A DNA stretch of 64,000 nt from Thermoanaerobaculia bacterium (GCA_022822365.1 JAJEBV010000035.1:10082-74081), one strand, 5' to 3'; shown: positions 40,169 through 49,570, numbered from the stretch's first letter. Program-made: numbers and translations. The notes: a model not told the origin generated them from the sequence alone.

Positions 40169-40973
40169 GTTCCATCAGCGCTTCCTCGATCAGCATGGCC
40201 GCAGTCTCGTCTTGGTTCATCCCCTCCTCCACCGCGACACGGCGAAGCGCAGCGTGAACGTCCATCGTCACGGTGGCGTTGATCTGAGTCACCTTGTCAG
40301 CGCTCTTCGCCCTCTCGATCAGCTCGTCGACACTCCCTTCGGGGGCTCGTTCGCGCACCTTCGTCAGCTTCTTCTGCTGAACACCGGACATGTCTCCCAT
40401 CGCCCTAGCCAGCTTCACGGCGTCGGCAACGATCGGTTGGCCGTCCGGCCCGACGGACGTGTCCTGAGCCTTCAATGCGACCTTCACGTCCACAGCACCG
40501 TCGTCGACCATCTTCTTCAGCTCCGGCTTGAGCCTCGGGTACTTGACGTGGCTGCGGACTGTGTCAGCCGAGAGTCCGGTCGCCTCCACGACAGCCTTCT
40601 GCGAGCCGTAGTGGTTGTACAGATGGGTGATTCCGTCGACAAGCTCCTTGCCCGAGAGCTTTCTCCGAATCAGATTCTCCGTGATCGAGATGGCCTTGGC
40701 GTGAGCCTCGGGAACACGCTCGTCCAGAATCGCTGCAGGGATCGCCTCCCTGCCGAGCCGCCTGTGCGCGAGGAATCGTCGCTGTCCCGTGAGGATCTCC
40801 CACCGCCCCGTCTCAACCGCCTCGCACACCACGATGGGCTGCAGAAGGCCCAGTTTCTCGATGCTGCTCGCCAACTCATCCACGTCTGCCATGGAAGGCG
40901 AGGTTCGCGCCTGCGCCTTGCCGATCGTCAGGTCGTCCAGCGGCACATCCCTGTATCCGACTATCTTCGCCAT
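40149..40973 (-). CDS. ParB/Srx-fold (ParB N-terminal nuclease-like) protein, DndB-like in position
   Basis: LLQPIVV...GQRRF ParB-N motif; 274 aa. Confidence 0.6.
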   Translation of the reverse strand: MAKIVGYRDVPLDDLTIGKAQARTSPSMADVDELASSIEKLGLLQPIVVCEAVETGRWEILTGQRRFLAHRRLGREAIPAAILDERVPEAHAKAISITENLIRRKLSGKELVDGITHLYNHYGSQKAVVEATGLSADTVRSHVKYPRLKPELKKMVDDGAVDVKVALKAQDTSVGPDGQPIVADAVKLARAMGDMSGVQQKKLTKVRERAPEGSVDELIERAKSADKVTQINATVTMDVHAALRRVAVEEGMNQDETAAMLIEEALMERGVLGS

Positions 40974-42358
40974 GCTCGTTCTCCAGGTTCGTCAGTCACC
41001 GGCGCGAGATCGCCGGCGGAAAGCCCGAGGATACTCATCAGCTCCTGCCTCGTGAACGCCTCCCCGGCCATGCCGGACGACTCCACCACGTCCTCGAAGA
41101 GGCGCGCCTTCTCTTCGAGGATCGACCCGATCCGCTCCTCGATCGAGTCCTGCACGAGGAACCGGATCACGTGCAGGGGCTCCTCTCGCTCGAAACGGTG
41201 CGCTCGGAAGATCGCCTGCATCTCGACCGCCGGATTCCACCATCGGTCGAAGAGAACCACATGGGACGCCTCTCCCAAGTTGAGGCCGACACCGCCCGCG
41301 CGCAGCGAGACGAGCAGAACCCGAGGCGCCCTTTCTTCCCTGAAGCGGTCCATCGCCGCCTCACGCTTCGCGAGCGGCATCGCACCCGTGACGAGGTCCG
41401 TAGTTAGGCCCAGTCGCGGCGAAATCGCCTCCAACGTCCTCACGAACTGGGAGAAGACGAGAATCCGCGCCGAAGGACCCGCCGCATGGCACAGCACCCG
41501 CAGGGAATCCAGTTTGGACGAAACGCTCATAGAGGAATCGAAATTGCAGATCAGCTTCAGTCGCGTGAGGAGCCCCAGCAAAGCCGCAGTGTCGCCGTCC
41601 TCGTTGCGCCGCCGCACAAGACGGGCACGCGTCGTCCAGATCTCGTCGTACTCGGCGCGCTGGTCCGCCGACAGATCCACCGGGAGGTCCTGAATCAGGA
41701 CCGGAGGCAGTTCCGCACGGACCGCGGTCTTCCGCCGTCTGAGCATCAGCCTGTCCAAGTCTCTTTGGAGCTCCCCCCTATGCGCCCTCCGGACTGGACC
41801 GTCGGATTCCAGAAACTCCAACAGCGTCTGCAGTTCTGCCTCGTCGTTCTCCAGAGGCGTAGCCGACAGTGCCCACGCACGAGTCCGCGGAAGCAGAAGG
41901 CAGGCCAAAGCCGTTGCTGAGTTGCGGTTCTTGATCCTCTGGGCCTCGTCCAGCACAACCAAGTCAAACGTGCCAGAAGGAATACGGTCGAGTCCGTCCT
42001 GGCGAATCTGCTCATACGAAGCGATGAGGACCGGGATCGGAAGAAGGTAATACGCCTCTCGGTCGGTCGCTCGTCCTTGCACCCGTCTTGCGGTCAGGGA
42101 AGGTGCCCAAGCGTTGATCTCCCGCAGCCAGTTCGTAGTCAACGATGCAGGCGCCACGATCAGCACCCGGCGAATCCCGTGGTCCCTTCTCAACAGCAGC
42201 GCTAGAGCGACCGCAGCCTGTACTGTCTTGCCGAGGCCCATCTCGTCGGCCAAAAGAGCACCGCGCGTGCGATAGAGGAAGGCCACCCCTTCCCACTGAT
42301 AGTCGCGCAGCGTTGAAGGCACCCCGAGTTCCTCCTCCGCCATCTGGCGGAGGGTCAT
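40961..42358 (-). CDS. SNF2-family helicase (DEXH-box plus helicase-C)
   Basis: LADEMGLGKT, DEAQRIKN and helicase-C motifs. ATG at 42358 preceded by GGAGAAGGA. Confidence 0.75.
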   Translation of the reverse strand: MTLRQMAEEELGVPSTLRDYQWEGVAFLYRTRGALLADEMGLGKTVQAAVALALLLRRDHGIRRVLIVAPASLTTNWLREINAWAPSLTARRVQGRATDREAYYLLPIPVLIASYEQIRQDGLDRIPSGTFDLVVLDEAQRIKNRNSATALACLLLPRTRAWALSATPLENDEAELQTLLEFLESDGPVRRAHRGELQRDLDRLMLRRRKTAVRAELPPVLIQDLPVDLSADQRAEYDEIWTTRARLVRRRNEDGDTAALLGLLTRLKLICNFDSSMSVSSKLDSLRVLCHAAGPSARILVFSQFVRTLEAISPRLGLTTDLVTGAMPLAKREAAMDRFREERAPRVLLVSLRAGGVGLNLGEASHVVLFDRWWNPAVEMQAIFRAHRFEREEPLHVIRFLVQDSIEERIGSILEEKARLFEDVVESSGMAGEAFTRQELMSILGLSAGDLAPVTDEPGERAWRR

Positions 42359-42381
42359 CGCATCGGGGTCCTTCTCCGAAT

Positions 42382-44172
42382 CTAGGGAAACGCCCACACT
42401 GCCGCGGCTTGCCTGGCGATCAGGTTCTGCCGCTCCTCGACCGCCTCGGGAGTCCACTCACACTGCTCGCAGAGCGCCCGAGTGATGGCAACGCTGCTCC
42501 GCTTGTAGCTACCGATCTTGTCGTGAAACGAGCGGTTGAAGTTGGTACCGGCTCGATTGTCCGTCGGCCCCATGAGAGTCAGATTACCCACCCGGTCCAC
42601 CCAATCGGCGCAATCCACCTCCCGAAAGCCGCTCCAAGTTGGCCAGTGCTGAGCCGCCGAGGGCAGGACGTGTTCTAGCGTGGTTTTGCCCTCGTTTAGC
42701 AGCGGAGGATCGTTCTGCTCTGCCCGGTTCACGCCTCGCAACAACTGGCGGGCCAGGCGTCCTCTCTTCATTCGAGTACTCCGAAGTGCCCGGATGAAGT
42801 ACGCGTCGTCCAGCACACCCCATCCGTCGCAACCGCCAAGGAACTCCCCGAAAGCAAGGTCCGCGACATCTGTGGCCGCGGCGATCTCCCGAGCGTAGTC
42901 GGCGAACTTCCTCTCAAACTCCGACGGGGCGAAGCGCTGCCTCACGAACGCCGTCCTGAGTACAAAGGCCGACAACCGCTGTAAGTTCCTCATCACGGCC
43001 TTGGCGATCCGGGCGCGACGTCGGCCATCAGTATCGCGGACAAACCTGTCCAGCAGGGCGAAAACGAGCGGGTGAGTGACCTTGTAGCCGCGGAGTTCTC
43101 CCAGCAGCACGGAGAGATTCCGCCGCGACGTTACAGCACCCGCCGCCACGTCGAACACCCCGACAAAGCCCGGATCGGGATTCGTGGAAGTCATCATGCG
43201 AAAGAGTTCCGCAGCCGCCGGCGAGCAAACATCCTCGACCAACGCTGACACATAGCGCGTCGATTTGGCCTTTTCTTCGCCAGCTTCTGTCGTCACGGAC
43301 CGACGACGATCCGTCAGCGCCCTCCGTGCATCGCGATAGAAGTGGCTGCCTCTCAGGAACCCCCACTTGCACTGAAGACGGCACCGTAGGTACTCAGCAG
43401 CGAGATTACCTCTCGGGAAGAGAGTGCGAACACGCTCGAGATGCTCGTGGATCGCCTCCTTCCCCTCTAAATCACTGTCTCCACCGAAATAGGAGTAGAG
43501 GTGATTCCGAAGACGGTCCAGATCGTCCAGGGTCTTGCCTCTGGAATTGATCGTCTCGAAAACGGCATTGGCATCGACTTCCGGAGGAAGGCGGAGACAC
43601 GCCACTTCAAGACGTTGGATCAAATAGTCGAAGTAGTCCCTTGATGCTTCGAGCCCCAGCCCGTCGACGAACTGCTCTATCTTCTGCCACGCGGCCGTCA
43701 GCTTGCCGTTCGTCCCGATCGTCCGGCCCCGGATCATCTGTCGGTAGGCCGCCGAGTCATTCCGCGGAGGTTTGAGCCGGCGCGTGTACTCGTCTGCCTC
43801 CGCCAGCCGGCAAGGCCGGTTTGCGTCCAAGTCGAACAACAATCGAAGCGCGATCGCCTCGCGCTGAGGATCGCTGTCGTCCCGAGCGAACCGCCTGCAG
43901 AAGGCGGCGGAGACGAGTGAAACTGTGACCATCCTCTGCTGGCCGTCGTTGATCTCCCACACTCCGTCCCCGTTGCCGGCGAGGATCACCGCACCAAGGA
44001 AGTAGCAACCGCTCTTCGCCTCGACGGCCTCCTGGAGGTCCTCAAGCAGGTCGCTAACCTCGTTCTGACTCCAGTCGTAGTAGCGCTGATGCCACGGCAC
44101 CTCGAATCGCCCATCGAAGAACAGATCTGAGAAGCGCGTTGCCTCGGCTTGGACGACGGTCGGCTGGGTCAT
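42382..44172 (-). CDS. DUF262 (ParB-like NTPase, DGQQR) plus DUF1524 (His-Me finger) nuclease, GmrSD/SspE-like
   Basis: N-terminal WHQRYYDW...INDGQQR and C-terminal TLEHVLP...W. ATGA overlap with the upstream PAPS-reductase-like gene. Confidence 0.75.
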   Translation of the reverse strand: MTQPTVVQAEATRFSDLFFDGRFEVPWHQRYYDWSQNEVSDLLEDLQEAVEAKSGCYFLGAVILAGNGDGVWEINDGQQRMVTVSLVSAAFCRRFARDDSDPQREAIALRLLFDLDANRPCRLAEADEYTRRLKPPRNDSAAYRQMIRGRTIGTNGKLTAAWQKIEQFVDGLGLEASRDYFDYLIQRLEVACLRLPPEVDANAVFETINSRGKTLDDLDRLRNHLYSYFGGDSDLEGKEAIHEHLERVRTLFPRGNLAAEYLRCRLQCKWGFLRGSHFYRDARRALTDRRRSVTTEAGEEKAKSTRYVSALVEDVCSPAAAELFRMMTSTNPDPGFVGVFDVAAGAVTSRRNLSVLLGELRGYKVTHPLVFALLDRFVRDTDGRRRARIAKAVMRNLQRLSAFVLRTAFVRQRFAPSEFERKFADYAREIAAATDVADLAFGEFLGGCDGWGVLDDAYFIRALRSTRMKRGRLARQLLRGVNRAEQNDPPLLNEGKTTLEHVLPSAAQHWPTWSGFREVDCADWVDRVGNLTLMGPTDNRAGTNFNRSFHDKIGSYKRSSVAITRALCEQCEWTPEAVEERQNLIARQAAAVWAFP

Positions 44173-45383
44173 CCCGCCGCGACTTCCCTGGGCGCCAATC
44201 CGACAGCCACGCGAAGCGCTGAACGGCACTCCTCCCGCACCAAGTCACGGCGCCAGATGTCCTCGATGACCTCCTGCTCGGCAGGCGAAATGAGCTGTTG
44301 ACTCACATCGTCCTGAAGAGCCCGCAGTTCATCGAGGATCCTCTTGCGCACACCAAGCGTGAACGGTCCCATGACCTGACTGCCGTCAGCTCGGAACCGG
44401 ACATTCCCGTCCCTGCGAACCGACTCGCGGTTTCCGTCTTGCTCCCGGAGTTCAACGAGCCACTCCCGGAACTCGAAAAGCCGGCTGAAGACATCGGCTT
44501 CCGCATGGCCCGACGCGATCAGACCCCGGAGGCTTCGGTCCTTCTTTACGACGGTGCAGGTCCAGCAGCCGAAACGAGGCGAGTTCGTCCCGCATGAAGG
44601 AGCGTCGTCCTTCGTCAACACGAGAGGACATTCGCCCCCGCCGGCATTGCGGTAGAGCGTGATCAGATTTCTGTGGGTGCCGCCCCAAGGCGGACGGCGC
44701 TGCATCAGCACCAGCCAGACATCCTGGTCCTCAAAATCGGCGAGTGGAGCGAACATCCAGCAGCGATCCATGGTGCCGTGCGGGTTCAGTTTCCCGGCCG
44801 CAACCCCGCGCCTGTCCATCGTCCGACGCCGGTTGTCAGACTCGCTCCTGCGCGTGCCCACCAGCAGAACAGCACCGCCATATGTGCGAATGAGATTGGC
44901 GAGCAGCCGGTTGGTTGGATGGATCTTCATTCGGTCCGTACACCAGCGGAAGTTCCGAGTCGGCGGTATGTAACCGCGACCGATCACGTTGACCCAGAAT
45001 GTCTGATCGACATGAGGCTTCGTGATCCGAGTCTCAATGGGCAGGTCGGCGGCGGCCGCCGCGCCCCCGATCTCCGTGAGAGTCGTTCGCAGGTGGCCGA
45101 CGACGAGCGGTGACTCGACTAGCGTGTCGTTGCCGACGACGTACACCTTGCGACACCGCTCGGCTGCCGGCAGGTCCGCGATGACCTCCCAAGTCAGTTG
45201 AAGCAGGAGCGTGGAGTCCTTGCCGCCCGAGAATGCCACGACCCACGGATGAGCATGGCCAGCCAGATACTGCTCCCTGATGGCGAGCTTGGCGGCACCG
45301 AGCCGCTTGACGACCTCGGCGACGCCCCCGCCAGCATCGGCGGAATGGCCTGAAGAGACCACCGCAGTCATGCCGTGACCCAA
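44169..45383 (-). CDS. PAPS-reductase-family ATP pyrophosphatase, DndC/SspD-like
   Basis: SGGKDS PP-loop and a C-terminal cysteine cluster (C-x9-C-x2-C); 404 aa. Confidence 0.7.
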   Translation of the reverse strand: MGHGMTAVVSSGHSADAGGGVAEVVKRLGAAKLAIREQYLAGHAHPWVVAFSGGKDSTLLLQLTWEVIADLPAAERCRKVYVVGNDTLVESPLVVGHLRTTLTEIGGAAAAADLPIETRITKPHVDQTFWVNVIGRGYIPPTRNFRWCTDRMKIHPTNRLLANLIRTYGGAVLLVGTRRSESDNRRRTMDRRGVAAGKLNPHGTMDRCWMFAPLADFEDQDVWLVLMQRRPPWGGTHRNLITLYRNAGGGECPLVLTKDDAPSCGTNSPRFGCWTCTVVKKDRSLRGLIASGHAEADVFSRLFEFREWLVELREQDGNRESVRRDGNVRFRADGSQVMGPFTLGVRKRILDELRALQDDVSQQLISPAEQEVIEDIWRRDLVREECRSALRVAVGLAPREVAAG

Positions 45384-46648
45384 CGCTGCTCTTGAGCGTG
45401 CCTTTCCGGCTGGCGACCAGACGTCCCGACCTCGGTCCAGCTAGAAGAAAGCTGCCGAAGGTCGGCTATCGTCTCTCTCAGTCGCGCCACGGCGAAGTCC
45501 ACTTCCTCCACTGTCGTACTCCGGCCTAAGCTGAATCGAACCGAGCAGGCTACCGCCTCCTCGGACAGCCGAAGCGCAGTCAGGACATGGGACGGCTCCA
45601 CGCGGGCCGAAGTACAGGCCGAACCTGATGAGATCGCCACTTCGTCCCGAAGGGCCACTAGCAAGGCCTCGCTGTCTATGCTGGCAAAGCCGGCGCTGAG
45701 GATTCCCGGCACTCGAACTCCCTGGTTGCCATTCAGGAAGCTGCAGGGGATCTCTTCTAGTAGAACCCGGAGCCGCCGGTCCAGCGCCGCCGTCGCCTCA
45801 GCATCTTCGTCCAGGCGCTCGCACGCCAGCTCAGCGGCCTTGCCCATCCCCACAACCTGGTGAGTGGCGAGGGTGCCGGAACGAAGGCCTTGTTCCTGGT
45901 CGCCGCCATGCATCTGAGGTTCAAGCGGGGAGGGACAGGAACTCCGTACGTAGAGCGCGCCAACCCCCTTCGGACCGTACATCTTGTGGCCGCTCAGGGA
46001 AACGAGATCCGCCCGTATCTCCCGTACATCCAGCGGCAAGCGCGCCGCACTTTGGCTCGCGTCAACGTGGAAGACGACGCCGCGCTCCCGCGCAAGGCGT
46101 CCAACGGCCGCCACGTCGGTGATCGTGCCGATCTCGTTGTTTACGTGCATGAGGGAGACGAGAATCGTGTCGCGCCGCAATACACGCTCGATGCTCTGCC
46201 ATGTGACGGTTCCGTCAGTGTGGGGGTCGACCAGCGTAACCTCGAACCCCTCCCGAGCCAGTCGAGCACAGGAATCCAGGACCGCCTTGTGCTCCATTGA
46301 CGAAGTGACGATATGTCGGCCACGGCCGCGCGCACCGCAGGCGGCACCCTTGATCGCCAGATTGATCGACTCGGTAGCCCCGGAGGTCCAGACGATCTCA
46401 GCCGGGTCGGCAGCCACGAGTTGGGCCACTTGTTCGCGGGCCGCTTCCACCGCCGCCTTGGCCTCGACGCCGAATCGATGCGGCCGCGAGGCCGCATTGC
46501 CGAAGAGCCCCTCCAGCCCCAAGCAACGGGACATCGCCTCCGCGACCTCCGGTGCTACAGGCGTCGTCGCGGCGTAGTCAAGGTAGACGCAACTCGCCGT
46601 TCGCCGTTCGGTGCCCTGGTGGTAACGGTTCATCAAGAGGCGCTTCAA
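45368..46648 (-). CDS. Cysteine desulfurase (IscS/NifS-like), DndA/SspA-like in position
   Basis: SGHKMYGPKG PLP-lysine motif and SSGSACTS active-site cysteine loop; 426 aa. Confidence 0.8.
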   Translation of the reverse strand: MKRLLMNRYHQGTERRTASCVYLDYAATTPVAPEVAEAMSRCLGLEGLFGNAASRPHRFGVEAKAAVEAAREQVAQLVAADPAEIVWTSGATESINLAIKGAACGARGRGRHIVTSSMEHKAVLDSCARLAREGFEVTLVDPHTDGTVTWQSIERVLRRDTILVSLMHVNNEIGTITDVAAVGRLARERGVVFHVDASQSAARLPLDVREIRADLVSLSGHKMYGPKGVGALYVRSSCPSPLEPQMHGGDQEQGLRSGTLATHQVVGMGKAAELACERLDEDAEATAALDRRLRVLLEEIPCSFLNGNQGVRVPGILSAGFASIDSEALLVALRDEVAISSGSACTSARVEPSHVLTALRLSEEAVACSVRFSLGRSTTVEEVDFAVARLRETIADLRQLSSSWTEVGTSGRQPERHAQEQRWVTA

Positions 46649-46726
46649 GGCGATGGGCCTGCGGCGCGTTCGGATCCTACTAGGCCAGCAGACAGGGCAA
46701 CCGCTCGACGGGTCCTCGTTGCCCGC

Positions 46727-47965
46727 CTACTCAGCCGGCCACGGCGTCCCCAGGTCCTCCTCCGGCACCGGCTGCATGCCCATGTTCACGAACTTCTGCA
46801 GCCGCTTCCCCTCGTAGGTCTCCGTCGTGTAGATGTTGCCCTTCGAGTCGGTCGCGATGCTGTGAACGGCGAAGAACTGGCCGGGCTGGCGGCCGCCGTC
46901 GCCGAAGGCGTAGAGCACCTCCATGCTCTCCCGCTCGATCACGTGGACCTTCATGTTCTGGCCGTCGGCCAGGTAGAGGAACTTCTGTTCGGCGTCGGGC
47001 GAGAAGGCGACGTCCCAGGTCGAACCCTGGGAGAGCGTCTCCGGCGCGATGAAGACCTCTTCGACGTACGTGCCGTCGGCCTCGAAGACCTGAATGCGGT
47101 CGGCGGCCCGGTCGCATACGTAAAGCAGGCCGTCCGCCGCGATGTCGGCGCAGTGGACCGGACCGCGGAACTGCGTCGCCGGCGGATCCCCGGGAGCGTA
47201 CTGGCCGAGGTCGAGTTCGTCGTCGGGCGCCTCGCCATAGGCGCCCCAGAAGCGCTTGAACTCGCCGGTGTCCGCATCGATCACGACCACGCGCCGGTTG
47301 AAGTAGCCGTCGGCGACGTAGACCTCGTTCGCCGCCGGATCGACCGAGAGCTTCGCCACCCGGCCGAAGTTCTCCATGTCGTGGCTGTTGCGGACGAACC
47401 GCGGCTCGTCCTCGCCGGCCCCTTCGTTGACGAGGGCGTTCGCCTTGCCGACCTGCATCAGGAACTGGCCGTCGCGGGTGAACTTCAGCGCGTGGGAGTC
47501 GCCGCCGCCGTTGCCGCCGATCCACACGTTGTCCATGTGATCGACGAGGATGCCGTGGTTGGACGCCGGCCATTCGTACTCGCCGGTCTCGCTCGGACCG
47601 CCCCAGTGGCCGACCAGGTTGCCGTCGGGGTCGAACTCCAGCACCGGCGGCGCCGGGATGCAGCACTCGGAGAGCGGCGGATCCTGCGCCGCGCCGATCT
47701 CGTTGATCGCGCCGAACGCCCCCGGCGTGTTCCGGTGAACGATCCAGACGTGGTCGCGGGAGTCGACCGCGACGCCGATCGCCGGGCCGAGAATCCAGTG
47801 GTTCGGCAGCGGCCGCGGCCAGAACGGATCGACCTCGAAGCGCGGCGCCATCGGCCCGTCGCCGGTGACCTCATCGCCGCCGTAGCCGCCACCATCGCCG
47901 CAAGCGGCGAAGACCAGTACAAGGGCCGCGCAGCCGAGAGCACAGTGCGAACGCTTCCAAGTCAT
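46727..47965 (-). CDS. NHL-repeat six-bladed beta-propeller lipoprotein (PAL-like fold)
   Basis: FAAC lipobox. Repeated NHL-type motifs. Confidence 0.55.
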   Translation of the reverse strand: MTWKRSHCALGCAALVLVFAACGDGGGYGGDEVTGDGPMAPRFEVDPFWPRPLPNHWILGPAIGVAVDSRDHVWIVHRNTPGAFGAINEIGAAQDPPLSECCIPAPPVLEFDPDGNLVGHWGGPSETGEYEWPASNHGILVDHMDNVWIGGNGGGDSHALKFTRDGQFLMQVGKANALVNEGAGEDEPRFVRNSHDMENFGRVAKLSVDPAANEVYVADGYFNRRVVVIDADTGEFKRFWGAYGEAPDDELDLGQYAPGDPPATQFRGPVHCADIAADGLLYVCDRAADRIQVFEADGTYVEEVFIAPETLSQGSTWDVAFSPDAEQKFLYLADGQNMKVHVIERESMEVLYAFGDGGRQPGQFFAVHSIATDSKGNIYTTETYEGKRLQKFVNMGMQPVPEEDLGTPWPAE

Positions 47966-48227
47966 CGTCGCCCTTCCTCGAAATTGGAGTCAAAGGCAGT
48001 GTACAACGCGGCTGACTGGGTGCGCCGGCGTCCCCGCCGGCATCCGGCGCGAAGCGCCGGCTTCCGGCTCTTCGGGCCGCTCCACGGCTAGCATCAACCC
48101 CCTGAACCGCCACCGTTCCAACCACGACCGCCGACCCACCCTCCCCGGCGTCCTCGCCGCGGCCCCGCTGCTTCTCGCCGCTGGCGCCGCCGCGGCCCAC
48201 GAGGTCCCCGGCAGCGTCACGGTCCAG

Positions 48228-49472
48228 GTGCTGGTCAAGCAGCAGGACGACCGGCTCCAGGTGCTCGTGCGCACGCCGCTCGAAGCGATGCAGGAGATGC
48301 AGTTCCCGGTCGACTACCGGAGCATTCTGGACCTCGACGAGCTGAGCGCGAGCAACCTGCTCGCGGAAGCCGCCAACCGCTGGATCACGCCCAACCTCGA
48401 CCTCTACGCCGGCCGCGACAAGCTGCCGCCTACCACCGTTCAGTCGGTCCGGCTGTCGATCCCGTCCGACCGCTCCTTCACCGACTTCGACAGCGCCCTC
48501 GCCCACGTCCGCGGTCCACCCCTGCCTCCGACGACGCAGCTCGTCTGGCGGCAGGCGCTGCTCGACGTCCACCTGGAGACCCCGCTCGGTGCTCACGGCG
48601 CCAACGAACGACCCCGGTTCTCCATCGACCCACGCTTCGGCCGCCTCGGCATCCGCGTTCTCACCGTCATCCTCTACGAGTCGTCCGACGGCGATGCGCG
48701 CGTGCTCCAGCTCGCCGCCGAACCCGGCAGGGTCCGCCTCGATCCCAACTGGGCGCAGGCCGGGGTGCATTTCGTCGCGATGGGCTTCGAACACATCCTG
48801 AGCGGTCTCGACCACCTGCTCTTCCTGGTCTGCCTGGTGGCGCCGCTGCGCAAGCTCCGTCAACTCGTGCTCGTCGTCACCTCGTTCACGGTCGCCCACT
48901 CGATCACCCTGATCGCCTCGGCGGCCGGCCTCGCTCCGCGCGCGTTGTGGTTCCCGACCCTGGTCGAGGTCCTGATCGCTCTCTCCATCGTCTACATGGC
49001 GTTCGAGAACATCCTCGGAGTCGGCGAGGAACGCCGCTGGACCGCCGCCTTCGGCTTCGGCCTCGTCCACGGTTTCGGCTTCTCCTTCGCGCTCAGCGAG
49101 TCGCTCCAGTTCGCCGGCTCCCACCTCGTCACCTCGTTGCTCGCCTTCAACGTCGGCGTCGAACTCGGGCAGCTCCTGGTCCTGCTGCTGCTGGTCCCCC
49201 TGATGGACTTCGTCTTCCGCCGCCTGCCCAACGAGCGGCTGGGGATCATCCTCGTCTCGGCGCTCATCGTTCACACCGCCTGGCACTGGACGGGCGACCG
49301 GGGTTCCGACCTGCTGCAGTACCGGCCTCTGGCGTCGTTGACGGACGCGGTTCCCGAGGGTGTGCTGCCGTGGTTTCTCGTCGTGGTCGCGGCCGCGCTA
49401 CCCACCGGCCAGTGGTTGCACCGCCGGCGCTCTCGGCAGAAGAAGCCGGCCGAAGGCCGGCTCGCTTCCTAG
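48228..49472 (+). CDS. HupE/UreJ-family metal (Ni/Co) transporter; the true start probably lies upstream (about 48102, CTG) and adds a signal peptide
   Basis: GFEHILSGLDHLLFLV and HGFGFS motifs. The in-frame upstream sequence encodes an AAAPLLLAAGAAAA|HEV signal peptide with no canonical start codon. Confidence 0.6.
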   Translation: MLVKQQDDRLQVLVRTPLEAMQEMQFPVDYRSILDLDELSASNLLAEAANRWITPNLDLYAGRDKLPPTTVQSVRLSIPSDRSFTDFDSALAHVRGPPLPPTTQLVWRQALLDVHLETPLGAHGANERPRFSIDPRFGRLGIRVLTVILYESSDGDARVLQLAAEPGRVRLDPNWAQAGVHFVAMGFEHILSGLDHLLFLVCLVAPLRKLRQLVLVVTSFTVAHSITLIASAAGLAPRALWFPTLVEVLIALSIVYMAFENILGVGEERRWTAAFGFGLVHGFGFSFALSESLQFAGSHLVTSLLAFNVGVELGQLLVLLLLVPLMDFVFRRLPNERLGIILVSALIVHTAWHWTGDRGSDLLQYRPLASLTDAVPEGVLPWFLVVVAAALPTGQWLHRRRSRQKKPAEGRLAS

Positions 49473-49473
49473 G

Positions 49474-49570
49474 CCGCCTTCGGCGGCAGGGGTCTGCTGG
49501 GTGCGCGGGTCTTCTGACCCGCCGCCGCCGAAGGCGGCTCTGAATCGCCGGCCGAAGGCCGACCTTTTCC
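49474..49570. repeat. Copy A of a REP-like palindromic element of about 95 bp containing the 26-nt core
   Basis: Core at 49498-49523. Outer inverted repeat GCCGCCTTCGGCGGC ... GCCGCCGAAGGCGGC. Additional CCGGCCGAAGGCCGAC palindromes. Confidence 0.7.
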
